NCBI GenBank assembly: GCA_963664325.2
Contig: CAXXDQ010000003.1
Coordinates: forward strand, 832,001-896,000
Origin: Desulfomonilia bacterium
Lineage (GTDB): Bacteria > Desulfobacterota > Desulfomonilia > UBA1062
Direction of reading: 5' to 3'
DNA: 64,000 nt
The translations under genes were made by a program, and so were the position numbers. Each line of letters begins with the position of its first letter. Position 1 is the stretch's first letter. Positions 38,084-50,144 of the stretch are shown here, one piece after another. The notes beneath the pieces are model-generated. The model was not told where the DNA came from. It made no database searches and worked only from the letters and a program-made list of their open reading frames with translations.

Positions 38084-38130
38084 AGTTCATGACAGCGGAG
38101 ATCAGGACATCTGTTCCGGTGTCATGAACT
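38084..38130. terminator. Intergenic stem-loop, probable terminator
   Basis: AGTTCATGACA...TGTCATGAACT 11-bp inverted repeat just after the stop; no clear U tract. Confidence 0.45.
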
Positions 38131-38245
38131 CATTCATAAGGAAATTCCCGGGAAATTAAAAAAATCCTAATCCTATTAAGAAAAAAGCCGTTAAGTAAAT
38201 CATCAATAGCCACAGGCAAATAATCTATAAATATGGGGGTTTATA

Positions 38246-39337
38246 ATGGATCCTTCTGAAGCGGCTGTAACTCCTTTCAAAATTGATGAAATCCTCAGGA
38301 GAATGGTAGATTCAAAAGCCTCCGACCTTCATCTTGTAGTGGGTTCTCCGCCCAATGCCCGTATAGACGGCAAGCTTGTTTCGCTTTCGGAGTACGGTAT
38401 TATAAATAATGAAATGCTCAAGGAGGCCCTTTATTCTGTGATTTCAGATGAACAGAAAAAGGCATTTGAAAAAAACAGGGAACTTGATTTTTCCTACAGT
38501 ATGCCCAAGATTTCACGTTTCAGAGGGAACATGCTCTACCAGCGCAATACTCTTGGCGCAGTATTCCGTGCAATTCCTGCTAACCCGCCTACGATCGAGG
38601 AATTGAATCTTCCTGCGATAATCACAACGCTGAGCAAAAAACCCCGTGGACTCGTCCTCGTAACGGGCCCGACCGGGAGCGGCAAGTCAACGACATTAGC
38701 ATCCATGGTGGATTATATAAACAGGACAAGGGCCGAACATATCGTAACCATAGAAGACCCGATAGAGTTTTTGCATAAAAACCAGAAAAGCATAATAAGA
38801 CAGAGAGAACTTGGAAGCGATACGCTTTCTTTCGAAGAAGCATTAAAGCATGTTCTCAGGCAGGACCCCGATGTTATTCTCGTAGGCGAAATGAGGGACC
38901 TGGAAACCATATCACTGGCAGTAACTTCGGCCGAAACAGGACATCTTGTCTTCGCAACACTGCATACAACTAGCGCAGCTTCGACAATTGACAGGATCAT
39001 TGACGTATTTCCTCCGGGTCAGCAGGCCCAGATCAGAATGCAACTGTCCACCACACTGGAAGGGATCATCTGTCAGACGCTTGTGCCAAAAAAGGAAGGT
39101 AAGGGGAGGGCATGCGCAATGGAGATCCTTGTTGGTACAATGGGTGTCAGAAATCTGATCAGGGAAGGTAAAACGCATATGATAGTTAACATGCTGCAGG
39201 CCGGAGTAAAAGACGGCATGCAGACCCTTAACTCGGCTCTTCACAAGCTTGTCGTAAGCGGTGCAATTTCTGTGGATGATGCGCTGTTAAAGTCCAGCCA
39301 GCCTGATGAACTCAAAAACCTCCTGGGGAGGGCTTAA
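38246..39337 (+). CDS. pilT: Type IV pilus retraction ATPase
   Basis: ASDLHL, GPTGSGKSTT, TIEDPIE, LRQDPD.ILVGEMRD, TGHLVFATLH, VRNLIRE, GMQT. Confidence 0.93.
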   Translation: MDPSEAAVTPFKIDEILRRMVDSKASDLHLVVGSPPNARIDGKLVSLSEYGIINNEMLKEALYSVISDEQKKAFEKNRELDFSYSMPKISRFRGNMLYQRNTLGAVFRAIPANPPTIEELNLPAIITTLSKKPRGLVLVTGPTGSGKSTTLASMVDYINRTRAEHIVTIEDPIEFLHKNQKSIIRQRELGSDTLSFEEALKHVLRQDPDVILVGEMRDLETISLAVTSAETGHLVFATLHTTSAASTIDRIIDVFPPGQQAQIRMQLSTTLEGIICQTLVPKKEGKGRACAMEILVGTMGVRNLIREGKTHMIVNMLQAGVKDGMQTLNSALHKLVVSGAISVDDALLKSSQPDELKNLLGRA

Positions 39338-39471
39338 ACAGTAATTTAAGCCAGGCAATGCAGCCTAATGCATATCCCTCCGGAAACAACCTGCCATAAA
39401 GCATGACGTGATCAGCCTGTATGAGGGCTCATGCAGCCCTGTATATGAAGATTTCCGGATGTCATGTTAAA

Positions 39472-39519
39472 TGATACAATAAAATGCCAAGAAAACCTTA
39501 TTGATACAATATTGAATCA
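39472..39519. promoter_or_regulatory. Putative enhancer-binding-protein sites upstream of amtB
   Basis: TGATACAATA at 39472 and 39502 (30 bp apart); second extends to near-palindrome TGATACAAT-ATTGAATCA. Confidence 0.45.
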
Positions 39520-39570
39520 TATAAATCGATAAATAATAAATATATGTAATAAATCAAACCAGTTATAACG

Positions 39571-39586
39571 TGGCATAGCTCTTGCT
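39571..39586 (+). promoter_or_regulatory. Sigma-54 promoter of amtB operon
   Basis: TGGCAT-AGCTC-TTGCT, 40 nt before amtB. Confidence 0.82.
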
Positions 39587-39625
39587 GTTATTAGTCTGAC
39601 AAAACAACAAAGGGAGGAAACAGTT

Positions 39626-41198
<1,573 letters not shown>

Positions 41199-41204
41199 TC
41201 ATGA

Positions 41205-41240
41205 CAGGGACGGAATCGGGATTCAATCCTTCCGTCCCTG
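41205..41240 (+). terminator. Stem-loop after glnK
   Basis: CAGGGACGGAA...TTCCGTCCCTG 11-bp stem, short U tract. Confidence 0.6.
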
Positions 41241-41273
41241 CTTTAACAAACAGCAAAGGAGCAAAGATAACTC

Positions 41274-41612
41274 ATGAAGAGAATTGAAGCTGTGATTCGT
41301 CCTGATAAGGTTGAAAATGTATGTGAAACATTGAATAAATCGGGGCAAAAAGGGGTCATGCTTTCACTTATTGAGGACAGGAGCACGAACGATCATTTAA
41401 AGGCCCTGGTCAGGGGAAATTATTACAATATCGATACGATGATGGCAAAAATAGAGGTGACGGTAAAGGATGGCGAAGCAGCCATGGTGGCTGACTTAAT
41501 CAGAGAAGCTGCATCTACAGGCACAATCGGTGACGGTGAAATATTTATCCATCCTGTTGATGATACAATGATAGTCAGCACCGGTTTGTGGTCCGGCAGG
41601 AGGACAAGATAG
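41274..41612 (+). CDS. Divergent P-II family protein
   Basis: MKRIEAVIRPDK, TGTIGDGEIFIHPV; T-loop and C-terminal RxR not conserved. Confidence 0.82.
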   Translation: MKRIEAVIRPDKVENVCETLNKSGQKGVMLSLIEDRSTNDHLKALVRGNYYNIDTMMAKIEVTVKDGEAAMVADLIREAASTGTIGDGEIFIHPVDDTMIVSTGLWSGRRTR

Positions 41613-41762
41613 CTTCTGCAACAGATATCATTTCCCTTGGTTAATATTTTTTTCAGAAACTTTTATTACAGATTAAATATTGTCAAGTCTGAAAAACCGG
41701 CTGATGTCTTGTGAAGAGAAAGATACAAATTCGATTACAAATTTATGAGAGGAGATATTCTT

Positions 41763-43013
41763 ATGACAAAAATGAAAGTCGATCTAAAGGGGTTAATAAT
41801 TTTAGCAGCTGTTTTGCTTTTGGCAGGGCCCGTATATGCAGGGGTGGACTTTAATGTTGCCGGTGCGAAGGCGACGCTGGGGGCAAGCGTGTGGGTCGAA
41901 GCGGGATGGGATTATCAGTTCCACGGAGATGTGCCGACCGATTACACCAGCGACAAGGAGACCCAGCAGTATATAGCCATTGACGATCCCAGCAACATCA
42001 ACATGAAAGTGGAGTATAAAAATCTGAACGCCTACACTGAAATCAGGTACCACAACAGTGCTGACTATAAGATAGAGCTGTATGCAATCTACGGGGCCTA
42101 CAACTTCTCTGACGAGAATCAGATACTGTTTGGCAAGGCACCTATAGTCTTCTCGGTGATGGCCCCGAAGCAGAACCTCTATAACGCCAACTGCCTGGAC
42201 GGTTACGGCGGACTTGATCCATGGAAAAGGTCTTTACAGGTACGCTTCAGCCATAAAAGCGAAAACCTGGGCTTTGACATCGCGCTGGAGGAAGTCAAGA
42301 CCGATTCCAGTATCGAGGACAGCTATGTGGAAAACAACGAACTTGACAATGGAGAATCCTTTCAGGTTCAAAACTATTTGCCGGCGCTGGCCTTGAACCT
42401 GACATGGAAGCCATTGGATCTTCTTACAATCAATCCGAGCGGATACATTCAGCAGTACCAGCTCAAGCCGAAGGGCATAGCGGATTTAAACAACACGGAC
42501 ATCCTTACATATGCGCTTTCCCTGGGGATCGAAGCGAATCTCAAACCGGTAAATATCCAGGCGGAAGGATGGTATGGCCAGAACCTCTCCGTATTGGAAG
42601 GGATTGACGCAAGGCCGTCTTTCTTTGATCCGATATATATAGCTGAATACGATGACAACCAGTATCTGACGCTCATGGGGACACCTCAATGGGACGGCAA
42701 CAAACTAAAGGACGTCATCACATACGGAGGATGGCTGCAGATCGAGGCGCCCATCAAGAATTTCACCCCGAGGATCGGAGGCGGTTACCAGAGGTCATCA
42801 ACGGGTATAGTTGCTGAAGGTTACGAGAGGCACATCTACACATGGAGCGCTTTCGCCAACTGCGACATCAAAATAAAGGACTACCTGACGGTATGCCCCG
42901 AATTTCTTTATATGTACAACGGCAGAGACGCAGACAAGAACTTCCTGGGCACTGGCTACAACAAACTCGGCTATGAGGCAATGGGCGGCGTTACTATGAT
43001 CCTGGCGTTCTGA
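41763..43013 (+). CDS. Putative outer-membrane porin/beta-barrel
   Basis: Signal peptide ending VYA, aromatic-rich amphipathic strands, C-terminal Phe. Confidence 0.7.
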   Translation: MTKMKVDLKGLIILAAVLLLAGPVYAGVDFNVAGAKATLGASVWVEAGWDYQFHGDVPTDYTSDKETQQYIAIDDPSNINMKVEYKNLNAYTEIRYHNSADYKIELYAIYGAYNFSDENQILFGKAPIVFSVMAPKQNLYNANCLDGYGGLDPWKRSLQVRFSHKSENLGFDIALEEVKTDSSIEDSYVENNELDNGESFQVQNYLPALALNLTWKPLDLLTINPSGYIQQYQLKPKGIADLNNTDILTYALSLGIEANLKPVNIQAEGWYGQNLSVLEGIDARPSFFDPIYIAEYDDNQYLTLMGTPQWDGNKLKDVITYGGWLQIEAPIKNFTPRIGGGYQRSSTGIVAEGYERHIYTWSAFANCDIKIKDYLTVCPEFLYMYNGRDADKNFLGTGYNKLGYEAMGGVTMILAF

Positions 43014-43082
43014 TTACAAACGAAGATGAATTACGTAAAAATATTATCTTGATAAACAGACATAATGGATTCTAAAAAATTG

Positions 43083-43120
43083 AGACTGGGTGGGGCGAGT
43101 GTACCAGCTCCATCCAGTCT
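43083..43120. terminator. Stem-loop between convergent genes
   Basis: AGACTGGGTGGGGC...GCTCCATCCAGTCT. Confidence 0.6.
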
Positions 43121-43190
43121 TAAATTGCTCTTTTTATAACATGTAGTTTTTTTGCCGGCGGCATATATTACATTCTGAGGTGAGGACCTT

Positions 43191-43781
43191 TTAGAGCAGG
43201 GAAAAAGCCTGTGCTATTTCAAGGCTCAATTTTCCAAGAGCGCTGCTCATGGCTGCAACATAATCGTTATATTCAAAACCCTTAACGTCAGATGTGATTA
43301 ATGACTTTTTAACCAGTATTGTTTTTTTCGTATCTTTATCAATTATAATCCAGCTTGCCTTTAATGTTACGCTTTTGCCGAGATTTCCATCGAACTGCTG
43401 TATGTCAACAACCAGCTGGTATGCAGAATCAATCCTCCGGCCGAGTTCATATGGTATAACCGTCTGAGATGGAAGAAGAACAGCGAGATTTTCAGTCAGA
43501 GTCCTTACAAGGCTGTCATTCAGGCTGCCGGCCCACCGGTCATATTCGGATATGATTACTGTGTTGCCGCCTGATAATATGGCGATCTGAGGCCTGTTGA
43601 GTACTACGGGAATAGTGATCGGGCCGACGCTGATGGTTCTATTTTGAGCAGGCAATTTTAAAGCCTGGATATCTTTAGCCGAGGAAGGGCTCAGCCTGTA
43701 AAATCTCGACGGTTGCGAAAAGCCGCATCCATTGGTGCTTATCATGAATATGATTAATAAAATGAAAACAAGTTTCTTCAT
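43191..43781 (-). CDS. PqiC-like ABC auxiliary lipoprotein
   Basis: Lipobox NGC, RFYRL, LNRPQI, DRWAGSL; last gene of the Mce operon. Confidence 0.85.
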   Translation of the reverse strand: MKKLVFILLIIFMISTNGCGFSQPSRFYRLSPSSAKDIQALKLPAQNRTISVGPITIPVVLNRPQIAILSGGNTVIISEYDRWAGSLNDSLVRTLTENLAVLLPSQTVIPYELGRRIDSAYQLVVDIQQFDGNLGKSVTLKASWIIIDKDTKKTILVKKSLITSDVKGFEYNDYVAAMSSALGKLSLEIAQAFSLL

Positions 43782-44791
43782 TTATCTTCTCCTTTCATTT
43801 TTTCCTTGCCTCTCAGAATGGATTCGGGATGGCGTTCGAGATAGTCTGCCAGTGATTTCATGGAAGCGGCAATCTCGTTGAATTCTCTCAGGGTGTCTTC
43901 AGCCTGGAAGGAAACCTCTGTGTTTTCGGACATGAAACGGTTAATCGTTGCAAGGCTTTCATCAACCTTTTTCAGGGTATCCTGCGCCTTTTCAATCGTC
44001 TGTTTCGCATCCGCTGCTATCTGCCCGGGTGCTCCTTCTTCGAGTGCAAGCGTTTTCTGAGCCTGTACCATTGTCTGCCGAGCTGCCTGAGAGGTCTCTT
44101 TAATATCTGCAAGCAGCGGGATAATTTGAGCATCCATTTTCTGCAGAAGTTCATGTGCGGACTTGCCGGCAGCCATGTATGATTTGAGGCCTTCTTTGGT
44201 TTCGGGCGCATTTATAAAGCCTTCAATCCCATCTATCGTTTTAAGAAGTTTCTTTGCAGTTTCTTTAAGGTTGAGATCCTGAAGCGCCTGGGTGAAGAGT
44301 TCAAGCTGGGTCGGTATGGTCGGGATCTCCTGATATTCAGTCAGATAATGGTGGTATTCGGGTTTCATATCAGGGAAGAAATCCAGAATGATTATAAGCT
44401 GCGAGGTAACGATGCTCTGCATGGTAAGCTGGGCCTTAAGTCCCTTTCTTATGAAGATCGAAATCTCATCAGGGGTCCCCACAAGTTTCTTCCTGGTATC
44501 AAGGCTCATTACCGAATCCGGTTCGATTTCAATTATGACCACGCTGTGAAGCGTCTGATCATATTTCGTGTAAAATAGTTTTATGTTTTTTACGGACCCG
44601 ATCTGTACACCCCTGTAAAAAACACCGGCCCCTGGATTAAGCCCTCTGATGGACTCATCGAAATAAAGTGCGTACGGATAGCGCTGTTTGAAAAAATCGG
44701 CCCCGGTCAAGATGATTACTGTAATAAGCATCAGGCCTATCGCACCTATAACAAACAACCCGATCAGTTTGAAATTAGCCCTCTTGCTCAT
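43778..44791 (-). CDS. mlaD: MlaD/Mce family protein
   Basis: IGLFVIG TM, FDESIRGL.PGA.V.YRGVQIGSV, LADYLERHPESILRG. Confidence 0.88.
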   Translation of the reverse strand: MSKRANFKLIGLFVIGAIGLMLITVIILTGADFFKQRYPYALYFDESIRGLNPGAGVFYRGVQIGSVKNIKLFYTKYDQTLHSVVIIEIEPDSVMSLDTRKKLVGTPDEISIFIRKGLKAQLTMQSIVTSQLIIILDFFPDMKPEYHHYLTEYQEIPTIPTQLELFTQALQDLNLKETAKKLLKTIDGIEGFINAPETKEGLKSYMAAGKSAHELLQKMDAQIIPLLADIKETSQAARQTMVQAQKTLALEEGAPGQIAADAKQTIEKAQDTLKKVDESLATINRFMSENTEVSFQAEDTLREFNEIAASMKSLADYLERHPESILRGKEKMKGEDK

Positions 44792-44818
44792 GATAATGCT
44801 CCTTTGGCAGAGTTAAAT

Positions 44819-45616
44819 TCATTGTAACTCCTCACATACCACCTCTGAAATAGTCATGCTCTCGGCCCGTGTCAGAAAACTCCTGACAGTAAGATTTGTC
44901 GATTCTTCAAGCAATTTCTTTGGGTTTCCGTGAGCAATCATGGTCTTTGTTGCCGCATCCAGAAATACGGAGTTGGTACCTATGGTAAAGATGCTTGGCA
45001 GTTCGTGCGTCACTACTACAATTGTTGTTCCCAGGCTGTCCCTTATCTGGAGTATCAGTTCATCCAGCAGCCTCGAACTTACCGGATCAAGTCCCGCGGA
45101 AGGCTCATCAAAAAACAGTATCTGAGGGTCCAGCGCCATCGCACGTGCGAGACCTGCCCGTTTTTTCATGCCTCCGCTGAGTTCGGAGGGATAATATTCA
45201 CCGAAGCCCTTTAGCCCTACAAGTGCAAGTTTGAGTGATACAATTTCATTTATTTCCTTTTTTGTGAGCTGTGTATACTCTTCCAGAGGTAATGCGATGT
45301 TCTCTGAGAGCGTCATGGAACTCCAAAGCGCACTGCTCTGGTAAAGTATCCCGAAAGACTTCATGATGCTCTCCTGTTCCTCGGGACTGCTTTTATAAAA
45401 ATCGATGCCATTATAATAAATTTTTCCCTGTTCCGGGGTTCTGAGACCGATCATATATTTCAGCAGGGTGCTTTTTCCGCACCCGCTTCCACCCATTATT
45501 ATAAAAATATCGCTCCTGTTTACGCTGAAGTTCAGATTGCTCTGGAGTACATAATCCCCGTATGCCATGGTCAGGTTTTTTACCGTTATATGTTCCTTCG
45601 GGGATTCGGCCTGCAT
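44819..45616 (-). CDS. mlaF: MlaF-like ABC ATPase
   Basis: GGSGCGKST, LSGGMKKRAGLARA, FDEPSAGLDP. Confidence 0.9.
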   Translation of the reverse strand: MQAESPKEHITVKNLTMAYGDYVLQSNLNFSVNRSDIFIIMGGSGCGKSTLLKYMIGLRTPEQGKIYYNGIDFYKSSPEEQESIMKSFGILYQSSALWSSMTLSENIALPLEEYTQLTKKEINEIVSLKLALVGLKGFGEYYPSELSGGMKKRAGLARAMALDPQILFFDEPSAGLDPVSSRLLDELILQIRDSLGTTIVVVTHELPSIFTIGTNSVFLDAATKTMIAHGNPKKLLEESTNLTVRSFLTRAESMTISEVVCEELQ

Positions 45617-45618
45617 TC

Positions 45619-46749
45619 TTATATCCCCAGGACGGCACAGATGTATGTAATGAAGGCGGTTGCCATGACAACGCTGACAATCCCTGTTACAACTGCCGAT
45701 GTGGTCGATTCGCCGACAGAGGCGGCACTTCTTTCACAGTGAAGCCCTTTGTAGCAGCCTGTAGTTGCAATAAGGAAGCCGAATACCGTGCTCATGATAA
45801 GCCCGATCCACAGGTCTTTGAATCTGATGGCGTTTATGGTCTGGTTATAATAACTTGTAAAACTGATATCGAACATCGAGGTCCCGACAATAAACCCCCC
45901 GAGTATACCGATGAAATTCGCATAAAGGGTTAAAAGCGGCATGGCTATTGTCAGGGCGATTACCCTCGGCAGAACAAGGAACTCTACAGGAGATATGCCC
46001 AGTGTCCTCAAGGCGTCGATCTCTTCATTGGTCTCCATTGTACCGAGGTGCGCAGCATATGAGGCGCCTGTCCTGCCTGCCATTATTATTCCGGTCATTA
46101 TTGCTCCCATTGAGCGCACAATCCCTATGCCGACCATGTTTGCAATGTATATCTGGGCTCCGAAGAGTTTGAGCTGGATTGATCCCACAAAGGCCAGAAT
46201 AAGACCTATAAGCAGGCTTATGAGCGATACGATCGGAAGGGCGTCAATACTGCATTCCTGAATTATGACGAAAAAATCCCTTGCCCTGAAACGGGCCATT
46301 CCTGCAAAGAATCTGCCGAATGAAACGGTCAACTCACCTGCAAAGATGAAAAAATCTCCGATAGAGCTCCAGAAACCATAAGATTTGTTTCCCAGTAATT
46401 CAAGAAAGGGAATCCTGGTGTCGGCATGTCTGGCATCTGTTCTTTCCGGGACCGCCAGAGCGAGTTTTATCAGGCCTGCAATCTCATGGGGAAGGCTTTC
46501 CTGACTGGTTGCAATTCCCAGCTTGTGAGAATATTCCAGTATGTTTATGATAAAGGCTATCAGTGCGCTGTCCCAGCCGGTAACGCCGGACAGATCAAAG
46601 CTCAGGCTGGTGAAAGGTTTCTGCGCATCAAGCTGTTTTATAATGGCAGAGGAGTCTTGAATCCCGGAAATGCCTTTCCATTCACCCGATAGCGACAGAA
46701 CAAGCGAGTCGTCCGAGCCTTTTTTCATTTCGCAACTGTTATTAGTCAT
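45619..46749 (-). CDS. mlaE: MlaE permease with N-terminal STAS-like domain
   Basis: AGRTGASYAAHLGTM...EEIDAL, VG.STTSAVV; N-terminal DLSGV..WDS. Confidence 0.9.
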   Translation of the reverse strand: MTNNSCEMKKGSDDSLVLSLSGEWKGISGIQDSSAIIKQLDAQKPFTSLSFDLSGVTGWDSALIAFIINILEYSHKLGIATSQESLPHEIAGLIKLALAVPERTDARHADTRIPFLELLGNKSYGFWSSIGDFFIFAGELTVSFGRFFAGMARFRARDFFVIIQECSIDALPIVSLISLLIGLILAFVGSIQLKLFGAQIYIANMVGIGIVRSMGAIMTGIIMAGRTGASYAAHLGTMETNEEIDALRTLGISPVEFLVLPRVIALTIAMPLLTLYANFIGILGGFIVGTSMFDISFTSYYNQTINAIRFKDLWIGLIMSTVFGFLIATTGCYKGLHCERSAASVGESTTSAVVTGIVSVVMATAFITYICAVLGI

Positions 46750-47026
46750 TACAGGTTAACATCGACTTTTTATTTGCGGAATATTAGTCCCAGACAAAAA
46801 AATATTAAAATTTCAAACAAATCAGCATTCCTCTCGATCATGGCTGTTACCTGACACCTTGCCCAAAAAATCGATTAGTTATCAAAGTTCCCCATCGACC
46901 TTTACCCCGGGCATTCTTTTGAGCGTCAGCAGTGATCATCGTATAACGGATCCTTTGCCTTATTTCCCTAACCGTGGTATTTTTAGGTGATACATTGATT
47001 AGCTTGGTTATTCTGGGAGGTGTCAT

Positions 47027-48661
47027 ATGAAAAGCAAACGGTACATCCTATTAGCCACCATAGTCCTTTTAATGGCAGCCGGCTGCCGGATATCCGGCAC
47101 GGTCACCCAGGATGGACAGGGCGTGGCCGGCGTGACCGTAGTCCTGATGGGACCGGTCGAGCAAACGGCGATAACCGACAGTTCAGGCCAATATGTCTTT
47201 TCTTATCTCGGGGCGGGCTCATATATTATTGGTGTAGATGAATGCCCGACCCTGCCCGAGCGCCAGGAGGTTAATAAATCCCATCTTTTTGAAAACGTGG
47301 ATGGGATCGATTTCGAGAAAGAAGCGGCGGGCCCGATGGCCAGCTTTGACCTGCGAAATATCGGGGCCGTCACCCCTGTAAAAATTCAGAAGGGGGGCAC
47401 ATGCTGGACGCATGCGACCATGGCCGCCATCGAGAGCAACATGCTGATGAATGATGTCTGGCGGGTTGCCGGAGAAGAAGGTGTCCCGAATCTGGCCGAA
47501 TATCATCTCGACTGGTGGAACGGTTTTAACCAGAACAACAATGACGACCTGTCACCCCCTGAGGGGAGCGGTCTCGAGGTACATATGGGGGGTGATTATC
47601 GCGTTGCCTCCGCCTATATCACACGGGGGGAAGGCGTGGTGCGCAATATTGACGCCCAATCCTACATCTTTGCCCCGCCACGTCGTTCTTCGAAATATCA
47701 TTACTTCTATGTTCCCGATATCGAATGGTTTGTCCTGCAGCCGAACCTGAGTAACATTGATCAATTCAAGCAGACCATTATGGACAACGGAGCGGTGGCG
47801 ACCTGCCTGTGCTCTGACAGCTCCTTCATTGACAAGCGTTATACCCATTATCAGCCCCCTTACAGCGATATGGATCCTAACCATGGTGTGGCTATTGTGG
47901 GCTGGAATGATTACAAGATAACCAGGGCCCCCGAGCGGGGAGCCTGGTTATGCAAGAACAGCTGGAGCGAGTTTCTCCAGATCAAGGGTTACTTCTGGAT
48001 TTCCTACTATGACAAGCATGCCGGCCATGATCCGGAGATGGGGGCCGTGGCGTTCAGGGGTGTTGAACCCATGCCCTATGACAGTATTTATTACCATGAC
48101 TATCACGGCTGGCGGGATACCCTGACTGACTGCAGCGAGGCGATGAACGCATTTAAGGCCAGCAGGGCGGAATACCTGAAAGCGGTCAGTTTTGCAACTG
48201 CCGCAGATGACGTCGAGTTCAAGGTGGCCGTGTACGACGGATTCGAAGGCGGCCAGCCCGCTGGCCTGCTTGGCACAGTCGAAGGGACCATCAGCCACAC
48301 AGGGTTTCATACCGTAGATCTGCCGGCCCCGATCGTCTTGAGCCCCGGGGATGATTTTTATATCTATGTCAAGCTTTCGCATGGCGGGCATCCCATTGAC
48401 CGTACATCGCTGGTACGTGTGCTTCTGGACGGTCCCCGATTTACGCTAGACCCCAATGAGGACTGGCATGACCCCTATTATTACTATGACAACCTCGACA
48501 CTGCTGAAGTTGCCACTTTGGTGGAGTCGTCCGCCCAGCCGGGCCAGAGCTATTATCTTAATAACGGGGAATGGCTCGACCTGTACTACCGCGATCTGGG
48601 AGAATATTCAGGCACAGCCAATTTCTGCATCAAGGGTCTGGCTGTCATGGAGGCGGATTGA
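47027..48661 (+). CDS. Lipoprotein C1 (papain-family) cysteine peptidase with C-terminal lectin-like domain
   Basis: Lipobox AAGC; Q..GTCW, NHGVAIVGWND, KNSW, GYFWISYYD. Confidence 0.88.
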   Translation: MKSKRYILLATIVLLMAAGCRISGTVTQDGQGVAGVTVVLMGPVEQTAITDSSGQYVFSYLGAGSYIIGVDECPTLPERQEVNKSHLFENVDGIDFEKEAAGPMASFDLRNIGAVTPVKIQKGGTCWTHATMAAIESNMLMNDVWRVAGEEGVPNLAEYHLDWWNGFNQNNNDDLSPPEGSGLEVHMGGDYRVASAYITRGEGVVRNIDAQSYIFAPPRRSSKYHYFYVPDIEWFVLQPNLSNIDQFKQTIMDNGAVATCLCSDSSFIDKRYTHYQPPYSDMDPNHGVAIVGWNDYKITRAPERGAWLCKNSWSEFLQIKGYFWISYYDKHAGHDPEMGAVAFRGVEPMPYDSIYYHDYHGWRDTLTDCSEAMNAFKASRAEYLKAVSFATAADDVEFKVAVYDGFEGGQPAGLLGTVEGTISHTGFHTVDLPAPIVLSPGDDFYIYVKLSHGGHPIDRTSLVRVLLDGPRFTLDPNEDWHDPYYYYDNLDTAEVATLVESSAQPGQSYYLNNGEWLDLYYRDLGEYSGTANFCIKGLAVMEAD

Positions 48662-48695
48662 CGGGTGTATCTCGGGTGTATATTTAGGAGGTTTC

Positions 48696-49925
48696 ATGGA
48701 AAATGTTAATGTGTCCGTATCCCCTTACCGCTGGGTTGTGCTGGCGGTCTTCATGCTCAATACCGCCGTCTCCCAGATCATGTGGATGACCTTTGCCCCC
48801 ATAGCCAGGGATGCCGCCGCCATCTATACCCACGGCAACATCGACTACATTGACCTCCTGGCCATATTTGCCATGCTCGCCTGGCTCCCCTTCTGCATAC
48901 CGGCCTCCTGGTGCATCGATACCATCGGCCTGAAAAAAGGCGCCGGAATCGGTATCGTTCTTGTCGGGGTGTGCGGATTCCTGCGCATCTTCGCGCCGAA
49001 TTACGGCTGGCTCCTGGTATGCATGGCCGGCTGCGCCATCGCACAGCCTTTCGTACTCAATGCATTCACCAAGCTGGCGACGAACTGGTTCCCGAAAAAG
49101 GAGGAAGCTCTGGCGACGGGCCTCTTGACCATGTCCCTGTTCATAGGGTTTACGACGGTCATGTTCGCCACCGATTTCATCGTCGCGCATTACAAAAAGA
49201 TCGGTGCGGTCAGACAGGGTATCGACATGGTCCTGATTGTATACGGCATACCGGCCCTGGTAGGGATGATCCTGTATTTATTCCTGGTCAGGGAAAAGCC
49301 CAAGCTGCCGCCCAATGAGATCGCTGCGGAAACAAAGGTATCAATGACCATCGGCATGAAGGCCCTGTTCAAAAACCGTGACTTTCTCTATCTGTTAGGC
49401 TTGTTTTTTATCGGCGTGGGAACGTTGAACGCCATCCTTACCAAGATAGACTTCATATTCAAAAACCGGCCTCTGGACATCGAGTCGACGCTGGCCCCGG
49501 GTATTGTCGGCGGGCTGATTGTAATCGGCGGCATGTGCGGCGCCGTGATTATCTCAGCGCTTTCGGACAGGTACCAAAAAAGAAAGATTTTCCTGATCCT
49601 TGCGGCCGGCATGGCTGTGCCACTTTCCCTTCTGCTGCAGTACCTTACCTCGATAGTTCTTTTGGGGGTATGCGGTTTTGTCTTCGGCTTCTTTATCATC
49701 TCAGCCATGCCTGTGGGGCTGACCTACGCGGTTGAAAAGACTCACCCGGTCCCGGAAGCGACCTCCAACGGGATATTGATGCTGAGCGGCCAGATAAGCG
49801 GCCTTCCAATAGTTTTTCTCTTCAACATGACGGCGGTCACCGTGCTTTTCGGTGTCGCCTTTTTACTGGCGTTGCTGATGAGGGACATCACATCGCCCCG
49901 GACAGCCCCGGGTGCCGTTGATTAG
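48696..49925 (+). CDS. MFS transporter (FLVCR-like)
   Basis: AGGAGG RBS; YRWVVL, TFAPI, WFPKKE, SDRYQKRK; multiple TM helices. Confidence 0.88.
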   Translation: MENVNVSVSPYRWVVLAVFMLNTAVSQIMWMTFAPIARDAAAIYTHGNIDYIDLLAIFAMLAWLPFCIPASWCIDTIGLKKGAGIGIVLVGVCGFLRIFAPNYGWLLVCMAGCAIAQPFVLNAFTKLATNWFPKKEEALATGLLTMSLFIGFTTVMFATDFIVAHYKKIGAVRQGIDMVLIVYGIPALVGMILYLFLVREKPKLPPNEIAAETKVSMTIGMKALFKNRDFLYLLGLFFIGVGTLNAILTKIDFIFKNRPLDIESTLAPGIVGGLIVIGGMCGAVIISALSDRYQKRKIFLILAAGMAVPLSLLLQYLTSIVLLGVCGFVFGFFIISAMPVGLTYAVEKTHPVPEATSNGILMLSGQISGLPIVFLFNMTAVTVLFGVAFLLALLMRDITSPRTAPGAVD

Positions 49926-50144
49926 AATATAAGCTCGTCTCATATCGGGGTATGGGACTTGTTCTGATAATTTTTACGGTATCTTCATCAGGGCTTACCG
50001 GAATGATTTAAGGCAAACCTGTGGGACCTGACGTTTTTTTGCTAAACAATCTCTTGGAAAAATTCGATAAGAAATATTGTTGTTGGTGTGTATTTTTATT
50101 CCAGCCAGATGAACCGGGAGTCAAGTATTACCGGAGGGGTTTAG

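Noticed and set aside
48456-48695. N-terminal extension of the MFS ORF
   Set aside because: Overlaps the peptidase gene; a strong AGGAGG precedes the ATG at 48696.
50011-50045. GGCAAACC upstream of echA as a c-di-GMP-I riboswitch
   Set aside because: The GAAA-loop stem and the downstream GCAAA/P3 elements are missing.
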